Shown in pieces: positions 62,732 to 64,000 of a DNA stretch of 64,000 bases. Where the stretch lies: the IMG/VR virus record IMGVR_UViG_3300043425_000245. One strand, written 5' to 3'. This DNA is from a virus. Taxonomy: Duplodnaviria > Heunggongvirae > Uroviricota > Caudoviricetes. Position 1 is the first letter of the stretch, and each line of letters begins with the position of its first letter. Made by a program: the position numbers and the translations under genes. The notes beneath the pieces were generated by a model. It did not search any database, was not told where the DNA came from, and worked only from the letters and a program-made list of their open reading frames with translations.

Positions 62732-63466
62732 ATGTCATTAAAAGAAGATACAGTATCTGCCGATCGTAAAGAACGTATTATTTTCGATCCAGAGGCTTGG
62801 AGAAAGTCTGATAAGTCTGGTAGAAAGACTTCAGCTATTACTTCGCGCCAGAACTTCGATAACGAGAAGTTTACTCGTAATGCAAAAGACAAGGTCGACG
62901 AAGGTACTATCCAACCTAGTGGTGATTCTAAAGTAGACTCAGCTGGTCCAACTCAGTCTGATACTATCTCTGATACCAAAAAGGTTAAGAAGTCAAATAA
63001 TGCACAAATCGAATTTGTTACTGGTAACGATCAACCTGTTGGTTCTGCCAGTACAGCTATTGGTAGCGCACAAGCTACTGGTAGAAAAATTGCAGAAGCA
63101 TTGATCAGTAAAATTATGGCAGAGAAGTGCTCAGATGCTTCTAAAGATGTTAAGAAAAAAACTGTTAAAAAAGAGGAGACTAACATGTCTGAAAAACTAA
63201 CTTACGCTCAGTTCGTTGAGCAACTTCTAGAGTATACACCTGGTCCTGGCGGCAGAACTGTTGTTAAGGGACGTTCATATGGCGCATCTTATGATGCAGG
63301 TGAAGATGAAGACGATAAGCCAGCAAAGCCAGCAGCTGACGCTCCAAAGCGTGGTCGTGGTCGCCCAGCAGGTTCTAAATCTGGTGCAAACCAAAAAGTA
63401 ACAAAAGGTAAGTCTTACGGTGGTATTGCTACTCACTCTTTGAACCTACCAAACTCTAACAGATAA
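62732..63466 (+). CDS. Hypothetical protein with C-terminal AT-hook (PKRGRGRPAGSK)
   Basis: Canonical RGRP AT-hook core. Otherwise low complexity, S/T/K-rich. Confidence 0.45.
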   Translation: MSLKEDTVSADRKERIIFDPEAWRKSDKSGRKTSAITSRQNFDNEKFTRNAKDKVDEGTIQPSGDSKVDSAGPTQSDTISDTKKVKKSNNAQIEFVTGNDQPVGSASTAIGSAQATGRKIAEALISKIMAEKCSDASKDVKKKTVKKEETNMSEKLTYAQFVEQLLEYTPGPGGRTVVKGRSYGASYDAGEDEDDKPAKPAADAPKRGRGRPAGSKSGANQKVTKGKSYGGIATHSLNLPNSNR

Positions 63467-63480
63467 TCAAGGAGAATACC

Positions 63481-64000
63481 ATGACACTATGGGCAAAAAC
63501 TGACGCAGATAACTCTCGTCCAAAATACCTAAACTCTGCTGATCTAGCAAAGTGTATCTTTGTTGATATCACTGAAGCTCAACAAGCAACAAACAAGAAG
63601 CGTGGTCTTACACACGGTGGCTGGTGGTTGTATAGCACTTACACTGATTCACAAGGTACTACTCGCCATAAGGCTGAGTGTCTAGTTGCTCTAGCAGAAA
63701 CTGCTCTAGCAGCTGGTGACCGTGCCGATGATACTAAGGCAGCTGACGCTACTTACACTATCACTATTGGTACTCAACCTGCTGACCAAGAAACTGCAGG
63801 TGGTGCAGCTACATTCACTGTGGCAGCTACTGTATCTTCTGGTGGTGGTACTCTAGCATACCAATGGCAAGTTAAGGCAGTTGGTGAAGCTAACTGGGCT
63901 GATGTAGATGGCGAAACTGCTTCTTCATTGGTTCTTGCTGCTCAAGAAGCTGGCAACACTGGTGACCAATACCGTGTTAAGATTACTTCTGCTAACGGTG
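63481..64000 (+). CDS. Ig-like-domain protein (5' partial, continues beyond window)
   Basis: GGAG RBS before ATG 63481. TYTITIGTQPADQETAGGAATFTVAATVSSGGGTLAYQWQ resembles phage Ig-like (Big_2/I-set, Hoc-type) repeats. Confidence 0.45.
   Translation, partial: MTLWAKTDADNSRPKYLNSADLAKCIFVDITEAQQATNKKRGLTHGGWWLYSTYTDSQGTTRHKAECLVALAETALAAGDRADDTKAADATYTITIGTQPADQETAGGAATFTVAATVSSGGGTLAYQWQVKAVGEANWADVDGETASSLVLAAQEAGNTGDQYRVKITSANG

Noticed and set aside
1-64000. Homing endonucleases, transposases and other mobile elements typical of T4-like genomes
   Set aside because: No ORF in the window showed GIY-YIG, HNH or LAGLIDADG motifs, or transposase/integrase signatures, on inspection. Intergenic spaces are too short to hide one.

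Overview
This window is a contiguous stretch of an AT-rich, T4-like (Tevenvirinae-type core gene set) myovirus genome. Every supported gene lies on the + strand, and genes are tightly packed with frequent ATGA/TAATG start-stop overlaps. Gene order, start to end: the C-terminal end of an upstream gene and its terminator, followed by a six-gene nucleotide-heptose operon (GT9 heptosyltransferase-like, NodU/CmcH carbamoyltransferase, split HldE adenylyltransferase and kinase, cupin, HldD epimerase). Then the virion module: gp13, gp14, an extra fibre-like structural gene, gp15, large terminase gp17, a 966-aa tail sheath gp18 carrying a roughly 1.1 kb in-frame tandem-repeat insertion, tube gp19, portal gp20, gp67, gp68, a small paralog, protease gp21, scaffold gp22, major capsid gp23 and a gp19-like tube paralog. 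The recombination and late-transcription block follows: UvsY, UvsW, gp55, gp47, gp46. Next come a CobT-like/CobS-like pair, small DNA-binding proteins, a dATP/dGTP pyrophosphohydrolase-like protein and an SPFH/flotillin-like protein. The replication block is gp45, gp44, gp62, RegA, IbpA-like Hsp20, a GNAT, DNA ligase, a Pnk kinase-domain protein, DexA, DNA polymerase gp43, thioredoxin, UvsX and helicase gp41. After gp41, in the position where T4 keeps its hmC-modification genes, sits a TET/JBP dioxygenase followed by a GATase-II-like protein, an amidoligase, a GNAT, a ParB-like protein, two unknowns, a P-loop kinase and an HExxH protein. Four consecutive genes then share a T4-type capsid-targeting N-terminal decapeptide (candidate packaged/injected internal proteins, two with HxGH nucleotidyltransferase domains and one with a KxDG ligase-like motif). 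The window ends with a second small paralog, a Dps-like ferritin, an AT-hook protein and a partial Ig-like ORF. Regulatory signals: seven copies of a conserved sigma70/T4-early-like promoter (TTGMCT or TTTACT, 16-17 nt spacer, TATAAT), three perfect T4-late TATAAATA boxes, several GGGG-GAAA-CCCC-type intrinsic terminators, and a ROSE-like stem sequestering the SD of the hsp20 gene. Most interesting candidate systems: (i) the phage-encoded ADP-heptose, carbamoyl and GT9 operon; (ii) the TET-centred DNA hypermodification cassette; (iii) the block of capsid-targeting-sequence-tagged internal proteins.
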